Shown: positions 43,127-57,009 of the stretch, piece by piece
Numbering within the stretch: position 1 is the first letter of the stretch
Layout: each line of letters begins with the position of its first letter
Assembly (NCBI GenBank): GCA_051294375.1
Contig: CM119269.1
Span: forward strand, 10,646,883-10,710,882
Direction of reading: 5' to 3'
DNA: 64,000 nt
Source of the DNA: Paraspadella gotoi
Taxonomy: Eukaryota; Animalia; Chaetognatha
The notes under the pieces: generated by a model
Told to the model about the DNA's origin: nothing
The model's input: the letters and a program-made list of their open reading frames with translations, nothing else
Databases searched by the model: none
Program-made: the position numbers and the translations under genes

Positions 43127-44539
43127 GCGAGTTTCTCGAAGAGTCCGAACAAAAAAAATGGTGTTTGATGCGAGCATGTTGAAATGGTAGTAAGAGACCA
43201 TCACGATCCTTGGGATTTTCTGGGGGAACAATTGCGAGGAATTGTTGTATGGAATATAACGGTAACTGTCTTTGTTAAGAACGCAGTAATCTAATTTTTA
43301 TTTTGGAGTGACTGTCAAATGTAATTTAAATGCAGTTAATTATTGAGGATTTTACGTAACGCCGTGAGCGAGCTAGTGTTTTTCCTAGACTTGCCTATTT
43401 ATTTATAGAAGATCGAAGAATGTAAATTTTAAGGTTAAAAATAAATTTTTATTGGGTAGTAGACAAAACCATGAGCGTGAGACGAAGCAAGTAGAAAGGG
43501 AGACTATTTTCTAAGATATAACAAAAAAAAGAAGCTTATTAAACTTTAAGCTTAAAAAACATAAAAAATTACAATATCATTTTTAAATGCTTACCGATCG
43601 TCCACGAAATAATTGGTAACCTTATCCCTCTAGTTTTTAGGCTAGCACATCTCTTTTATATCTTTTGGTTTAAGGTAACAATCATAGGACTAACTACAAT
43701 CAGAGAGCGACCGTTTTTAAAATACTTGATGCAAATGCAGATACCTTCGTAAGCAACAAAAATACGAATTCAATAATAAAAAGGGTACATCAAAACAACG
43801 CGAGAGACTATCCTCCGTAACAAAATAAAAATTTAACAATTAATGATGTATTATATTGAAAAAAAAACTTATGCTTTAGCTGACGTAATATATCGTTATC
43901 AAGACGCTCTACAATCACCGTGAGGGATGGTTTATGAAAACGAAGATAAGATGAGAACGTCCTGCCACCTACCTCCGAAGCTCTAACAATCTGTGCAACG
44001 TCCCTCATCAAACGCTTCCTCGGTTAACATATTCACGTGGCAGATGTGATCAAGATAACCCTCGGCGGACCGCATCTTGTCGAAATATTCCTGCGGTCCG
44101 CGGAAAGCTCCAAGCAAGCGAAACGTATTTGGCCAAGGATCCAGCTTTAACTCTCATCTCAGCAGCAATGTGCAGAATCTCGTTCAAAAGTGATGAACCG
44201 CATTTTGGGTACGACACGACGATGACGTCGTCGTCTCGGACGACCATACTCCGCCAGGCGTCGCACCTGCGCCGGCGAAGGTCAGCTTGAATCGGAAACC
44301 AGGCGATCTTCCCGGCATCGGAAATCCCTCTCGGACGTCAAAGTCGTCGTGACTGGAGGCGTCCTTCGAAGACCTCGGGACGGCGCCCAACAGTCCGGGC
44401 GCGTAATATCGGCGCCGCGGACGCCCGTTGAACTCGGAGGCCGAGTGAGGAGGCGAGGAACGACGTCGACGAAAATACTCCAGCGGAGGCGAGGGGGGAA
44501 AGGAGGAAAAGAGAGACGAAATGGATAAGAGAGAGCCAT
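43127..44539 (-). pseudogene. Frameshifted partial second copy of the sulfotransferase (exon 1 at 44539-43973 plus 5' part of exon 2 at 43219 to ~43127); probably an assembly artefact rather than a true pseudogene
   Basis: Collinear with ~35620-36495 but carries many single-base indels; ORF fragments 44282-44539 (MALSYPFRL) and 44050-44247 (MVVRDDDVIVVSYPKCG). Confidence 0.75.
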
Positions 44540-47500
44540 GGCGATCGAGGAGAAACGGAGGAATTCCTTCTTTTCTTTTCTTCTAGGTTAAAAAAAACAA
44601 TTCATTCGCTGTTTAATCGAATTATAGGGAAAAATTATTCGGAATTCTGCGGGTGAGATGGAAAAAAAATATAGGCCGGGTAAATTCGCCTCAACAGGGT
44701 AAAAAATAATATATAATAATGGTTTTTTAAGGTTTTTTTTAGAACTGACATTATCTTGTGAAGTGTTTGTGCTAAACTACAAAGGCTGTCCAACAGTCTA
44801 GGCAAGATACTTATTTATTAAATGAAAATCATATTGTTTACCAATTTCAGAGAGATGAGAGAGAGATAGAGAAAGAGTTGAGAGGTCACTTTCACATTCT
44901 CTTTCTCCACAATCCTTCACCGCGTGGAAGATGTTTATATTTCTTTTTTTTTTCTGAAAGAAATTTTTTTTTAATATTAATCCCAGCGGGGAGAACAGCC
45001 CAGAAATCTTCAAAGTGGCCGTTGAGTCCACAGATTTAACTGTCGCTTTAACTCCAAAAAATAGTTAAAAAATAACTGACAAAATGACTAAATAATTTAG
45101 TTAATTGTAAATTCGGAACAAGCAAAACATTTTTCTTTCGCAGTTTTTAACTATTTCCCAAAAATATAAGCAAAATGAAGTCAGGAAAAAGACACAGAGG
45201 CAAGAGCAGCCTAAAAAACAGAGTTGGACTCAAACTAGTTTTGAGTCTGGATCGTGTTTTCGACGATCAGCTGTTCCAGTTTTGAACTGCGTGAACTGGC
45301 TGAAAATCGAAATGTTTTCCGTTTCTAACTTTTTGAAAAGTAAAAAAAAACGGTTGACAGCCCGATTTTTAAAACATATCATATTTGTAAGAAGTGCATC
45401 GAAAAAAATAATTAAGCAACTAGAATTATCATAGTTAAGAGTGATGTTTTGAAAAATTTTGAGAAAATATAAAAGACTCCGCAGGTAAACACGGAAAGCA
45501 TCTTAATTTTGGTAGCCAACACAAAAGATGTCTATTAGCGAATGCAATACTGCGAGAATTGGTATTCTCCCAGTGATAATATTGCATTTTTTCAAATTGA
45601 CGCGAGATCTAATTAATAAATGTTTTTGCTTTAAAATATATATATTTTTTACTAAATGTAAACACGTTTCGTGGAAGAATTCACGATTGTGAGGGTCATT
45701 AGGTTGCCTGTGACGCGGTGAAAAGCCTTTTTTTCTCTCCTGCTGATTCACGACTGCAGGCAGAAACGAGCGAGAAAGTTTTCTCCTATTTTTTTCTTTC
45801 ACGACCGGAGGTGAAATTTAATTTTGTTGCACGCCCGAAGAGGCAGAATAAAAACTGATCCCACCTGAAAATCCGAGTTGGAAGGAGAATAAAAAAAATC
45901 GTAATTTAATTCTCGCGGCGTTTTCGTCTCAGGCGAAGCGAAATTCACGCCGCTTTCTTACTCGTCCGCGTTGTCATGGCAACGCGCGAAGCCGGCTCGA
46001 AAAAAAAAAAATAAAAATCCCTCTTTATTCTCCTATTTTTTAAAAAATCTCTTCTAGTTTCCCTTTTTTCAGTCCTTATCTCGAACTTTTTTAATGTAGG
46101 CTTCTCGACGATTCTCATTCAACAACTTTTTTTACGGGGGCGTCAAAACTCTTAAAATATCCCTCCCCTTTGCCTAAGGAATTCGAACCCTCACTATATC
46201 CTTTTTTTTCACATCACAAACCCACAGCCCGACTCAGCATCTTAGTTCCCTAACGGTGTACTCCACATTTTATCTCTTCTGCTTCTGTCCACATCCAGCT
46301 CTCCCGCCCGCCTTCCCTCGTCCCTTCGGCCGCCACAAAATCTCGAGGCCACATTATCTCCCCCATTTTTCTTTCTGTCTGCGCTTCGTTTTTTCGAGAG
46401 CCAGTTGTATTGAAACCGAGCGTTGGAAGCCCGGCGTGGAAAAGAAAAAAAAGAACTTCGACATTGCTTTTTTATTTCCTTATTTATACAAATCTCGAAA
46501 TGCTTTGTATAGGTTTCTTATAAACACATACTTCCTTAGCGCTAAAATCCATTTTAATGCGGTTGTAAATTCTGGTGAAGATTTTTTTTTCAACTAGAAA
46601 TTTCGAGTTATTCTGAATTGAACGCAGTCCCCGGGGAAAGTTGGCTAAAACAAAAAAAAAAAAAAAAAAAATAAAACGATGACGCTACTTGGAGAAAAAG
46701 GGAAATGCCATTGTCGTTGTTGTTATTGTTTGCTTGTTTTTCCCTTTTCCCTCCGTCGCCTCATTTTCTCAATCGACGTTTTTGATATTTTTTTTTATTT
46801 CGCAATTTTTAACCGATGTCTTCTTTCAGAGTTAATTAAAAAAAAAAGAAGACAGGAGAGTCCAAGAAATAAAATAAGAACAAAAAATAGGTGAAAAAAA
46901 TATCCGAACATTTGAATTAGAAAGAAAAGTGGAGAGCTCGCCGAAGTGCGGCCAGGGCAGTGTTTAAGGAAAGAAATGAAAAGAGAGAAGGGTGAAAAGT
47001 GAAAGGAACAGAAATTAACAAACGCAGAAGTGGAACGAGGCAAACAAGAGGAACAAGAAAAGAACAGAAAGTACAAGAAGAGGGAGACCAGAAAAAGTAA
47101 ACAAAAGAGAAGTTAGAAGAAGCGATTTTAAGCGCAGATAGATAAGAGGAGAGGGAACGGCCAGAGGCGAAGAAAGATAGGAGAAGGTGGAGGTGAGCGT
47201 CGGTCGAGGGAGGCGTCTCTTTCGGTTCTCTCTCTCCTACTCCTCTCTGCCTCTCTCTCTCTCGTGCCTCTACTCTCTCTCTACTCTTCTCTTCCTCTTC
47301 TCATTCTCTCTCTCTGTCTGTCTCCTCTTCTCTCTCCCTTCTCCCGAGAACGACGATACGACGACGACAAACGACGACAATGATTTATTGTTTGGCCGAC
47401 CAGGCGAATCCTATGATGGAAGCGTGGTGGGCGATGGGAGATGAGCGTAACGGAAAACGAGAGGTAAGGATGAGGGATACAGCGCGGTAGAAGCCCTTGA

Positions 47501-50293
47501 TGGATGGGAGTTTGAGTGAGGAGCAGAAACAATCAAAAATAAAAAAACAAAAACATTTTTTTGTGGTTAAACTTTTACAATTTTACCAAGACGTTTACTT
47601 ATTTCAAATGGAAGAGCATTGAAATACCTCTTCAAGGCACCGTTGAGTGCAATTGATAAAGGCTCAAGTGCTTTTCTTGGGCAGAATGGGAGAATCGTTG
47701 CTCGTCTCAATGTGCAGCAAACGCGTCCCGAGCAAAAAAATGCGAGAGGGAGGTGGCGGAGAGAATTTGGAGACTCGAGACTAAGATGAGAGAGAAAGTC
47801 TAAGTGCTGCTGCTTAGAGCCGAGAAAATTTCCGGAGGGATTGGGTATTGGAAGAAGGCGGAAAGGGGAAAGGGAGGCAGGGAAGGATATGTAGATAAGA
47901 GACACCTAAAGGATAGAGAGGAGAAGGGGAAAGAGAAGAGAGAAAGGTAAGGTCGATCATAAAGGGAGAGGCAAAAGCGAAAAAATGGTTAAATGAGCAA
48001 GGCGTAAATTACGGCATGCTAAATGGGAAGACAGTAAATTAAAAATGGGAAATTTATGACTCGACTAAAATTGATCACCAAGCCAAATACTTAATTAAAT
48101 GGAAACATTACGCCATAAGCCTAAAACGCCTCACTAGTCCTCAATAGGAAGTGTCCGAACGTGCGGGAGTCTCACTCCTTCACTTGTTTTTGTTTTCAGA
48201 TTTTTTTGATATCGGTTTTTTTTTTTCTCAAATGTCAGATTTTTTCCTGTTGAGGAATCTCGTTTGTTTTGTCTCTCCACGCTCGTCGATGGCTAAAGAG
48301 GTGAATGAACGTTGAATGATGAATGATCGAATAATGAATCTGAGTTGAAATATGATGATGAACATTGAATGATCTCTCGATCGCGAATATTAAAATTTAC
48401 TGAAAAGCTTAGTAGCTATAAAGAGAGGCAAATCGATTTTCACGTATCACGGTTTTAAAAACACCTCTTCTCTTCCGACCTTGACCGACGCGTCGACCGT
48501 TCCGCCGCCAAAAATCCCACCACCCTCTGAGAAAGTCACGGTGATCCGGGGTCGAGTCGACGAGCGTACAAGCGAGGACGTCGTCGCCTGATGCGTCGCC
48601 AACCGTGAAGCCCCTGAACTTTTTCGGATTTCTCAAAAAAAAAAAAAAAAAGAAAGAAAAAAAACGAAAATAAATAAATCGTTTTTCGATGAGGACGAAA
48701 ACGGCGGCGTAAAACAAATTGAGGGCAGTAAGGCTCCCCCCCCCCACCCGTCATCTCTCCCGTCGAGTCGGATGCGTGTACTTGTCAATCCAATCGAGGA
48801 TCGTGAGAGGGGGAAAAGGGTCTCGTCGAGTCCGTCACGTGAGTCCCCTTGGGACTTTTCAATTCAACGCCCCACTATCACTCTCAGTCTGTGTGAATTA
48901 GAGGGGGGCAGGATTAGACGGCCTTGGCCCGAAAGGAATTCTTCTGTCCGTAGTGCATTCTGTCTAATAGACAAGTTTTCTTTTTTACTAAATATAAATA
49001 ATTGTAATATTTGTAAATCATCTCTCATTACAAGTTAATTTAAGTAACACATGGAACTTACTGGTAATAGAGTTGTCACTATTTTGTGCGTCAAGATTTT
49101 TTTTTGCAGAGTATAGGAAATTTTTTTCTAATAAGATTGGTAGGTTTTTTTCCTTATTTCCGTGTCCCTCGCGTATCAAAATAGAATTGTTATGACTTTT
49201 GAGCAGAAGAAAACTTTCTGTAACTTTCTGCGTTTCGGGGCGAAATGTCACAATGTTGGTATTTGTAAAAAGTTCGGATCATAAATTTTTAATGTTTACA
49301 GCCTATCTACGAGCTACCAATACCAACACCGAAATCAAGCTATCACACTAACGAACCAACCAGCAATCCGACTAAACAACAACGCGACCGACCAAACTGC
49401 CAGACCGAGGGGCGTCTCTGCGAAAGATGCGTCGCGAAGAAAAATCCAACGGATTTATGGGGAAACGTTGAGTTTACGAAATCGGCTTCGGGGGGACTCG
49501 CCAAAAAAAAAGAAGAGAAAAGAAGAGTGCCGACTAAAAAGACTAAACATCGAAGGAAGAGTGAGGGGAGAAGGGAGACTAAGTATAATTAAAGAGGAAG
49601 GCGGTTTGAGAGAGAGGAGGGGAGCGAGGAAGAGGAAAGGAAGAGGAAGGAGAACAGCGTCGCGAGGCGTAAATAAGCGATTTATAAACCTTTGCGCGCC
49701 TTAAGAGCAGATTTATTTCGGGGAAGAGTCCAGCGTTTCGCCTTCGAAAAAAAAGGCGAGAGAAGAGAGAGAGGAGGAGAGAGAGAGGAGAGAGAGAAGA
49801 GAGAGAGAGAGAGAGAAGAGGAGAGAGAGAGAGGAAGAGAGAGAGAGAGTAGAGTGAAGAATTCAAGATTTCTGCCGGAAGTAGCGCGCGGCGAGGGGGA
49901 TGGAAGGGCGAAAACTCGAGATCGGGAGGTGGAGGTCTTCGCGGAGTGCCGCTGGGGCGGGGGCTTCCGGGCGAAAGCTGGTGAAGAGGGTAAAGGCGTT
50001 TGTCGAAGCGAGGAAGGCTGAGGCGTGCGGCCGGGTTAATGTAATTTTGGAGCGAGGCAAGGCTAAGGCATGGCGGGAGTTAAGGCCGAATTTTTTTTTC
50101 CTAAGAAGGCAATATTTTGGTTTTAAGAGCTTTCTAGTAGGAGACTGGCGCGAAGCCAGAAAACGGGGTGATATAAACGAACGACTCGATAATTAACTCC
50201 TGTAAGGCGAGGGATTACGTACAGAGGCGATCATGTCGAGAAAAAAAAAACAGTCCTTGAAACGGGATGTGGCTTTTGAGACATGGCGGAGGC

Positions 50294-50364
<71 letters not shown>

Positions 50365-51892
50365 AGCAGAGAGAGAGAGAGAGAGAAAAGAAGAGGACAA
50401 GGATAGAAGAAAGAAGAAAGCGTAAACGATCCTCCAAGAAGGGGGCAACGGATGAGGTCGGTCGCCAGCCAAAGAAGCCTTGTTTTTTGTTTATCGCCCA
50501 TCCAGAAGAGAAGTAAGAGAGAAGAGAGAGAGAGAGAGAAGAAGAGGGTAGAGAGAGAGAGAGAGAGAGAGAGAGACGAGAAGAAGAGAGAGAGAAGGAG
50601 AGGGAGAGCGGAACAAAAAAATCCCCGATCAACACAGTGTTGAAAAAATAATTTGGACTCCGAAAATAGAACCCTGTCTATATCGATGGTGTGGACTCTC
50701 GCGAAATGTTTATGGTTGTCTTATTGAAAGAAAAAGGCAGCTTTCGGATTTTTTTTATTCCCTTTGGTTTGTTTATCTTCTTCCATGCCGACAGTCATAT
50801 ATGGCAGCCTTAAGAGGCTTAAAAAGTTCATAGTAAGTCGCTCTGCTCGGTGTTGGATTTTATACAATCTAAGACACAAGACTAGTAGAAAGATAGAATA
50901 GAATAGACAGATCTAGTAAAATATACAACAGCATGAGCATTGCTTTTAAGCTTAATATTACGGATTATTTCTCCACTCCTCATCTTTCTTTATTGTCATC
51001 TTTGGCCACACCCATTTCCATTGCCACTTCTTTCCGAACGCCCCATCGTCGCTCCACCCCCACTCATTTCATTTCCATGGCTCAACACACACGTCTTTTC
51101 GACCAGTAACGAAGAGGGGTCGCGAAGGGGGGCAAGGTTTGGTAAGGATTAGTTGGGCGAAGGAGTTGGCTGGTAGCGGTCGACTGGTAGCTGTGAGGGA
51201 TGAGTAGGGTGCATGGCGCTCTTTCCCGATCCGACAGCCGCGGATCACTTTGTTTTATTTCTACTTTTTTCTTTTTTTGAAAAATTTATAGGGAAAAATA
51301 TACATCGCAAAAAAAAAGAAAAAAAAGGTTTCGTAAACACAGAACACCCTGGGATCTCCTTAGTTTCCAGCGCGTCTTGGGTCCTTTTTGGTCACAATAG
51401 ACGAATAGATGCCAGATATGCGAAGATCCGCGGCACCAGTGGTGCCGGGCTAAGTATATTTTTTGAGCGGTTTGAAGGAAAAGAGCGGAAGTGTGGGCGG
51501 AGGGGGGGGGAGGAGGAAGGTGAGAGGGGGAGAGGAGGGTGTGGCGGGAGGCGGGGGAGAGGGGAAGAGGGAAGACTGCTGGGCGGAGGGGGGAGAGGGG
51601 AAAGAGGGATAAGAGTGGGCGGAGGGGGGGAAGAGGGGGAATGAAGGGGAGTTGGGCGGAGGGGGGGAGAGGGGAAGGAGGGAAGTGTGGGCAGAGGGGG
51701 AGGGAGAGGGGAAGGAGGGGGACCAAATGGAACGGGGAATTGGAGCTCAAAGCCCCGAAAGGGTGCGGGGCAGAATTAAGGGGGGGGGGAAGTGGGGAGT
51801 TAATGGCGATTTAGGCTTAGCGGAGATTTTGCTAACTAGAAATAATTATATGGATTATGGTGAAAAAGAAGAGAAAGAGCAAAATTTCACAG
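43127..51892 (+). other. Error-rich re-copy of ~35620-43110 plus its continuation; likely long-read gap-fill redundancy
   Basis: Collinear throughout with frequent 1-bp indels; starts abruptly inside SULT exon 2 and ends at a gap of exactly 25 N (51893-51917), after which sequence matching its own 51320 region is given again. Confidence 0.88.
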
Positions 51893-53024
51893 NNNNNNNN
51901 NNNNNNNNNNNNNNNNNGAAAAAAAAGGTTCGTAAACACAGAACAGGATCTCCTTGTATTCCAGCGCTGTCTTGGGGGTTCTTTTTTGGTGGCACAATAG
52001 ACGAATAGATGCGCAGAATGACGAGAGTCGCGCAGGTCGACCAGCTGCAGTGCCGGGGCTAAGTGATATCTGTTTTGAAGGCGGTGAAGGCGAAAAGAGC
52101 CGCGGGAAGTGTGGGCGGAGGGGGGGGAGAGGGGAAGGAGAGGAAGATGTGGCGGCGAGGGGGGAGAGGGGAAAGAGGGAAAGCTTGGGCAGGGGGGATA
52201 GAGGCGGAAGGGGGAGTGGAAGCAGGGAGGGAGAGGGGAAGAGGGTGTGGGCAGGGGGGGGAGGGGAAGGAAGGCCGGACGTCTGTGGGAACCGTCGCGT
52301 AGGGCTGGGAATCGTTTTAAGAGACAAAAGTATTAATGGCGTTCTATGACTAGATTATAAGAAAATTTAACTTTTAATCGATTTCCGAATATCATATAAC
52401 TCACGAGTCACAACGTTCAGTGAGGTCGAGGGGAAGGTTAAGATGAAAAGAGAAAGGAAAGGTCAACAGAGTTGGGTAAAGGTCAAGGGGAGGTGAAACG
52501 TAAGGGGTGGAACTTGAAGGTAATAACAAAGCGGAAAATTTGAGAGGGAGAGAGGCTGGGGTGAGAAGAAGAATTGAAAGAAAGAAAAGGAAAAATAAGA
52601 AAAAGGAACAAGGCAAAATAAATAAATTGATGAAGAATAAAAAAAGGAAAGCCGGAAATCGAGAAAGAAGAAAAAAAGTTAATGAAAAAAGCAGAAAATA
52701 AAATAAAAAAGAAATAAAAGGAAAAAAAGAATGAAGAGAATCGAATGGATTCCAACAATCGCGTTTATTGGCGGATAATCTCTTCGGACACGGCGCAAAA
52801 ATTCAATTCGACAGCGTTCGATAAAAAAATATAATTCTAATATAAATATAATTCTGAATTTTTTATTTATTTTTTTGGGTGCAGTAGAGAATTTACAAAA
52901 TTCATCAAATCAAATTAATCAAATCGGAAGGTTAATATCGAATTTCTTTCGCCAATGAATAAAAAATGAATAAAAAAAATTAGGTGAGTGAAGAAAGAAA
53001 AAAAATTGACAGATTTTCCAAATA

Positions 53025-53079
<55 letters not shown>

Positions 53080-55413
53080 ATTTCTCGTTTTTGTGTGTCT
53101 CCCTCTCTAACGCTAGTTCCCCATCTTCCACCCTGCCTCTTCTTCGCTGTCCTTTTTAATTAACTCACGATTTTTTATGGCAGATTTTGCTCGAAAATAA
53201 TCGAGGTTTTTTCCCCATTTTTTTACTTTTTTATTTTTTATTTTTTTATTTTTATTTTTTTCTCCTAATTCACGGTTATTATTTTTATTTGAAAACAAAA
53301 AAAAATCTGGAAAATAGAATAATTAGAATAATATCGAGGTTTGAAATAGAAATTAGATTTTTATCTTCATTAATTAGGCGTTCCAACGCTAGAGACCGCT
53401 GGCGTCGTTTGCCTCAAATTTGAACAGATCGATCGTTTAAATTTTGATTGAGCGCTTGAAGAATCGTCAATTAGAAAGACGATGCCTCTAAAAAGTCACT
53501 TTTATCTTGATTTATCGAGGTGAACTTGTGATTTCGTACAAAAAAAAAAATTGTGTTTTAACAGAAGGCAATGAGCGTCCACGTAATTCAAGACGAGTCT
53601 ATCGGACAACCTCTTCCTCTTTTTTCGAAACGCCACCTTCTCTCCGCCGTCCCTCTTCTAAAAATATGACATCCTTGCCTCTTTTTTATTTCCTTCTTTT
53701 AAAAGTTTTTTTCGTTTTCTTTTTTCTATTTTTTTTTAAAAAAGAATCCAGAAAAGAATATTCGGGTGCGTCTTCGCACGGGAGGACCATTTGTCGGCGC
53801 CTTTCGCCTAATGGTACTTTTTTCTGTCTCGCTNNNNNNNNNNNNNNNNNNNNNNNNNNNNNNNNNNNNNNNNNNNNNNNNNNNNNNNNNNNNNNNNNNN
53901 NNNNNNNNNNNNNNNNNNNNNNNNNNNNNNNNNNNNNNNNNNNNNNNNNNNNNNNNNNNNNNNNNNNNNNNNNNNNNNNNNNNNNNNNNNNNNNNNNNNN
54001 NNNNNNNNNNNNNNNNNNNNNNNNNNNNNNNNNNNNNNNNNNNNNNNNNNNNNNNNNNNNNNNNNNNNNNNNNNNNNNNNNNNNNNNNNNNNNNNNNNNN
54101 NAGACATTAAGAGACTCTGGGTATGAGACCGTTTTTAGGGATATCATACCACATCACGTTTCCCCGACTTGTTTGTGAATCTGAAGGGGAAAGCGTTTTG
54201 GTTTTTCCCCCCAACATATTATATAAACAAGAAAAGCTTTTTTTCGTCCAAGAATATAAATTATTCCTTTACCTCACATTAACTTTCATAACAAACTCGA
54301 GTGGGAACACGAAGCGATCAAATGAGTGGAGGGGGAATTTAAAAAAAAAGATCGTTTGATATTTTTATTTTTAAAAATAAATTAGTAAACACAATAAGTT
54401 TAAAACAACGCGAGCAATTAGGAAAGTTAAATTCGTCTAAAAACGAGAACAATACAAGGAACCAACGCGGGTTCCAGGAAAACGAAGGAAGGAGATGAAA
54501 TTTTTGGCGTCCAGATGGCGAAACGTGCGGTTTGGGCGGCGAGGAAGATGGGGGCGTGGAGGTATGGTGGTAGGGTAGGTGGGTAAAGTGGTAGACCAGG
54601 TAGGCTTGGGTGGGATCGGCGGGNNNNNNNNNNNNNNNNNNNNNNNNNNNNNNNNNNNNNNNNNNNNNNNNNNNNNNNNNNNNNNNNNNNNNNNNNNNNN
54701 NNNNNNNNNNNNNNNNNNNNNNNNNNNNNNNNNNNNNNNNNNNNNNNNNNNNNNNNNNNNNNNNNNNNNNNNNNNNNNNNNNNNNNNNNNNNNNNNNNNN
54801 NNNNNNNNNNAGGGAAGAATGAAAATAAACGGTGGAGTTAAGGGGTGGGGTGTCGAAAAGAAAACAGGGAGGAGTGGACGTGAACCCGTCCACATCAGGT
54901 TTTTTAACACACTTCTATCGAGAAAGGATGGCAAGTGTGGCAGTCAGGGAAGGGAAGTGGCGAGATTCAAATGTTAGAGTTAAACAACAACACCAACAAA
55001 AAAAAATAGCGGATCGAGGTTTCGCTTCCCAGTTTTCCTCTCACGTCCAGAGTCCAATATTGCGACCGACTCCGTGAATGGAATTTTTTTTCCTTTTCTT
55101 CAACTTTTTTGTTTTGAAAAGGGAAAAAAATCCCCGGAATTTAGAGAGAAAAGGAAAAATCGAAGGGAGAAAATGGAAGGTTCTACTCAAGTTGGTCGAG
55201 GCCAAGCGGTCGCAGGGTTCGAGGCAACAACAACGGCATCCCGCTTTTGATGTAAAAAAAAAGAAATGAACACCCGAATATGAATGGTTCTGAAGAGAAA
55301 GAGAGACGAAAGGCGCAGAAAAAAGGGGGAAGAAAAGAAAAAAAAACGCTAAATGCGAATCGTCATCAACTGAAGTAACAAACAAAACGATGAAAAAGAC
55401 GCGGGAACCTTCG

Positions 55414-55573
<160 letters not shown>

Positions 55574-56298
55574 ATTTCTCGCAACCTCACACAAAAGGGG
55601 ACGCGAGACGTCGAGTCGTCCCTTTCTTTCCCTTTTGTCTCTCTAGGTTTTTTTTTCAATTTCCGACAGAGATTATTATATCTCCGGGTTTGTTTACTTT
55701 TCGACGCCGACGCCACCTCATTTCCATGACGACGAAAACAAAAGACGGGTAGCGGAGATATTTATGGGGAAGCGTCGGACGAATCTCGGTCTCCGAGTCN
55801 NNNNNNNNNNNNNNNNNNNNNNNNNNNNNNNNNNNNNNNNNNNNNNNNNNNNNNNNNNNNNNNNNNNNNNNNNNNNNNNNNNNNNNNNNNNNNNNNNNNN
55901 NNNNNNNNNNNNNNNNNNNNNNNNNNNNNNNNNNNNNNNNNNNNNNNNNNNNNNNNNNNNNNNNNNNNNNNNNNNNNNNNNNNNNNNNNNNNNNNNNNNN
56001 NNNNNNTTGTTTTAAATTTCCTAATCTGACGTACGAATTATATTTTCGTATTTTCGTAATGGCATCAGGCGACTCTCATATCATGCCATTAAATCTGTTG
56101 AATGCTAAATGAAAAACGGGAATAAAAGAGATGCAAATAAAATTGGCTCAATTCATTATTATCTTATATGACTGAGATCATCTCTCACTGACAATCTCTC
56201 TCTCTCTCTCTCTCTNNNNNNNNNNNNNNNNNNNNNNNNNATTTTTTTTTTTTTTTTTTTTTAGTTTGCCTCACATAACGTACGGTTTTTGATTTCAA

Positions 56299-56368
56299 TG
56301 TAAATTCTGGTGAAGATTTTTTTTTCAATAGAAATTTGAGTTATTTCAATGAACGCGTCCCCGGGAAG

Positions 56369-56399
<31 letters not shown>

Positions 56400-56960
56400 T
56401 GATGCTTTGGAGAAAGGGAATCCATTGTCCGTTGTTGTTATTGTTGTTGTTTTTCCTTTTCCCTTCGTCGCCTCATTTTCTCATGACGTTTTTGAATTTT
56501 TTTTTATTTGCAAATTTTTTAACGATGTCTTTCTTCAGAGTTAATTAAAAAAAGAAGACAGGAGAGTCAAGAAAAATAAAATAAGAACAAAAATAGGGAA
56601 AAAAATATCCGAACATTTGAATTAGAAGAAAAAGTGGAGAGCTCGCCGAAGTGCGGCCAGCAGTGTAAGGAAAAGAATGAAAAGAGAAAGGGGTGAAAAA
56701 GTGAAGAACGAAATTAACAACCCCCCCAGGAAGGGACGAGGCAAAAAGAGGAACAAGAAAGAACAGAAAGACAAGAGAGGAGTCAAGAAAAAGTAAACAA
56801 AAAGAGAAGTAGAAGAAGCGATTTTAAGCAGATAGATAAGGAGCAGGAACGGCCAGAGGCGAGAAAGATAGGAGAGGTGGAGTTGAGGCGTCGAGGAGGC
56901 GTCTCTTTACGGCCCCGTTCAAATCTCTCTCCCCTCTCTCTCTCTCTCTCTACTCTCTCT

Positions 56961-57009
<49 letters not shown>

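Noticed and set aside
43127-44539. Genuine SULT gene-family expansion
   Set aside because: Indel-dominated differences, an abrupt mid-exon start and the adjacent 25-N gap point to uncorrected long-read sequence; kept only as a probable artefact or alternative haplotype.
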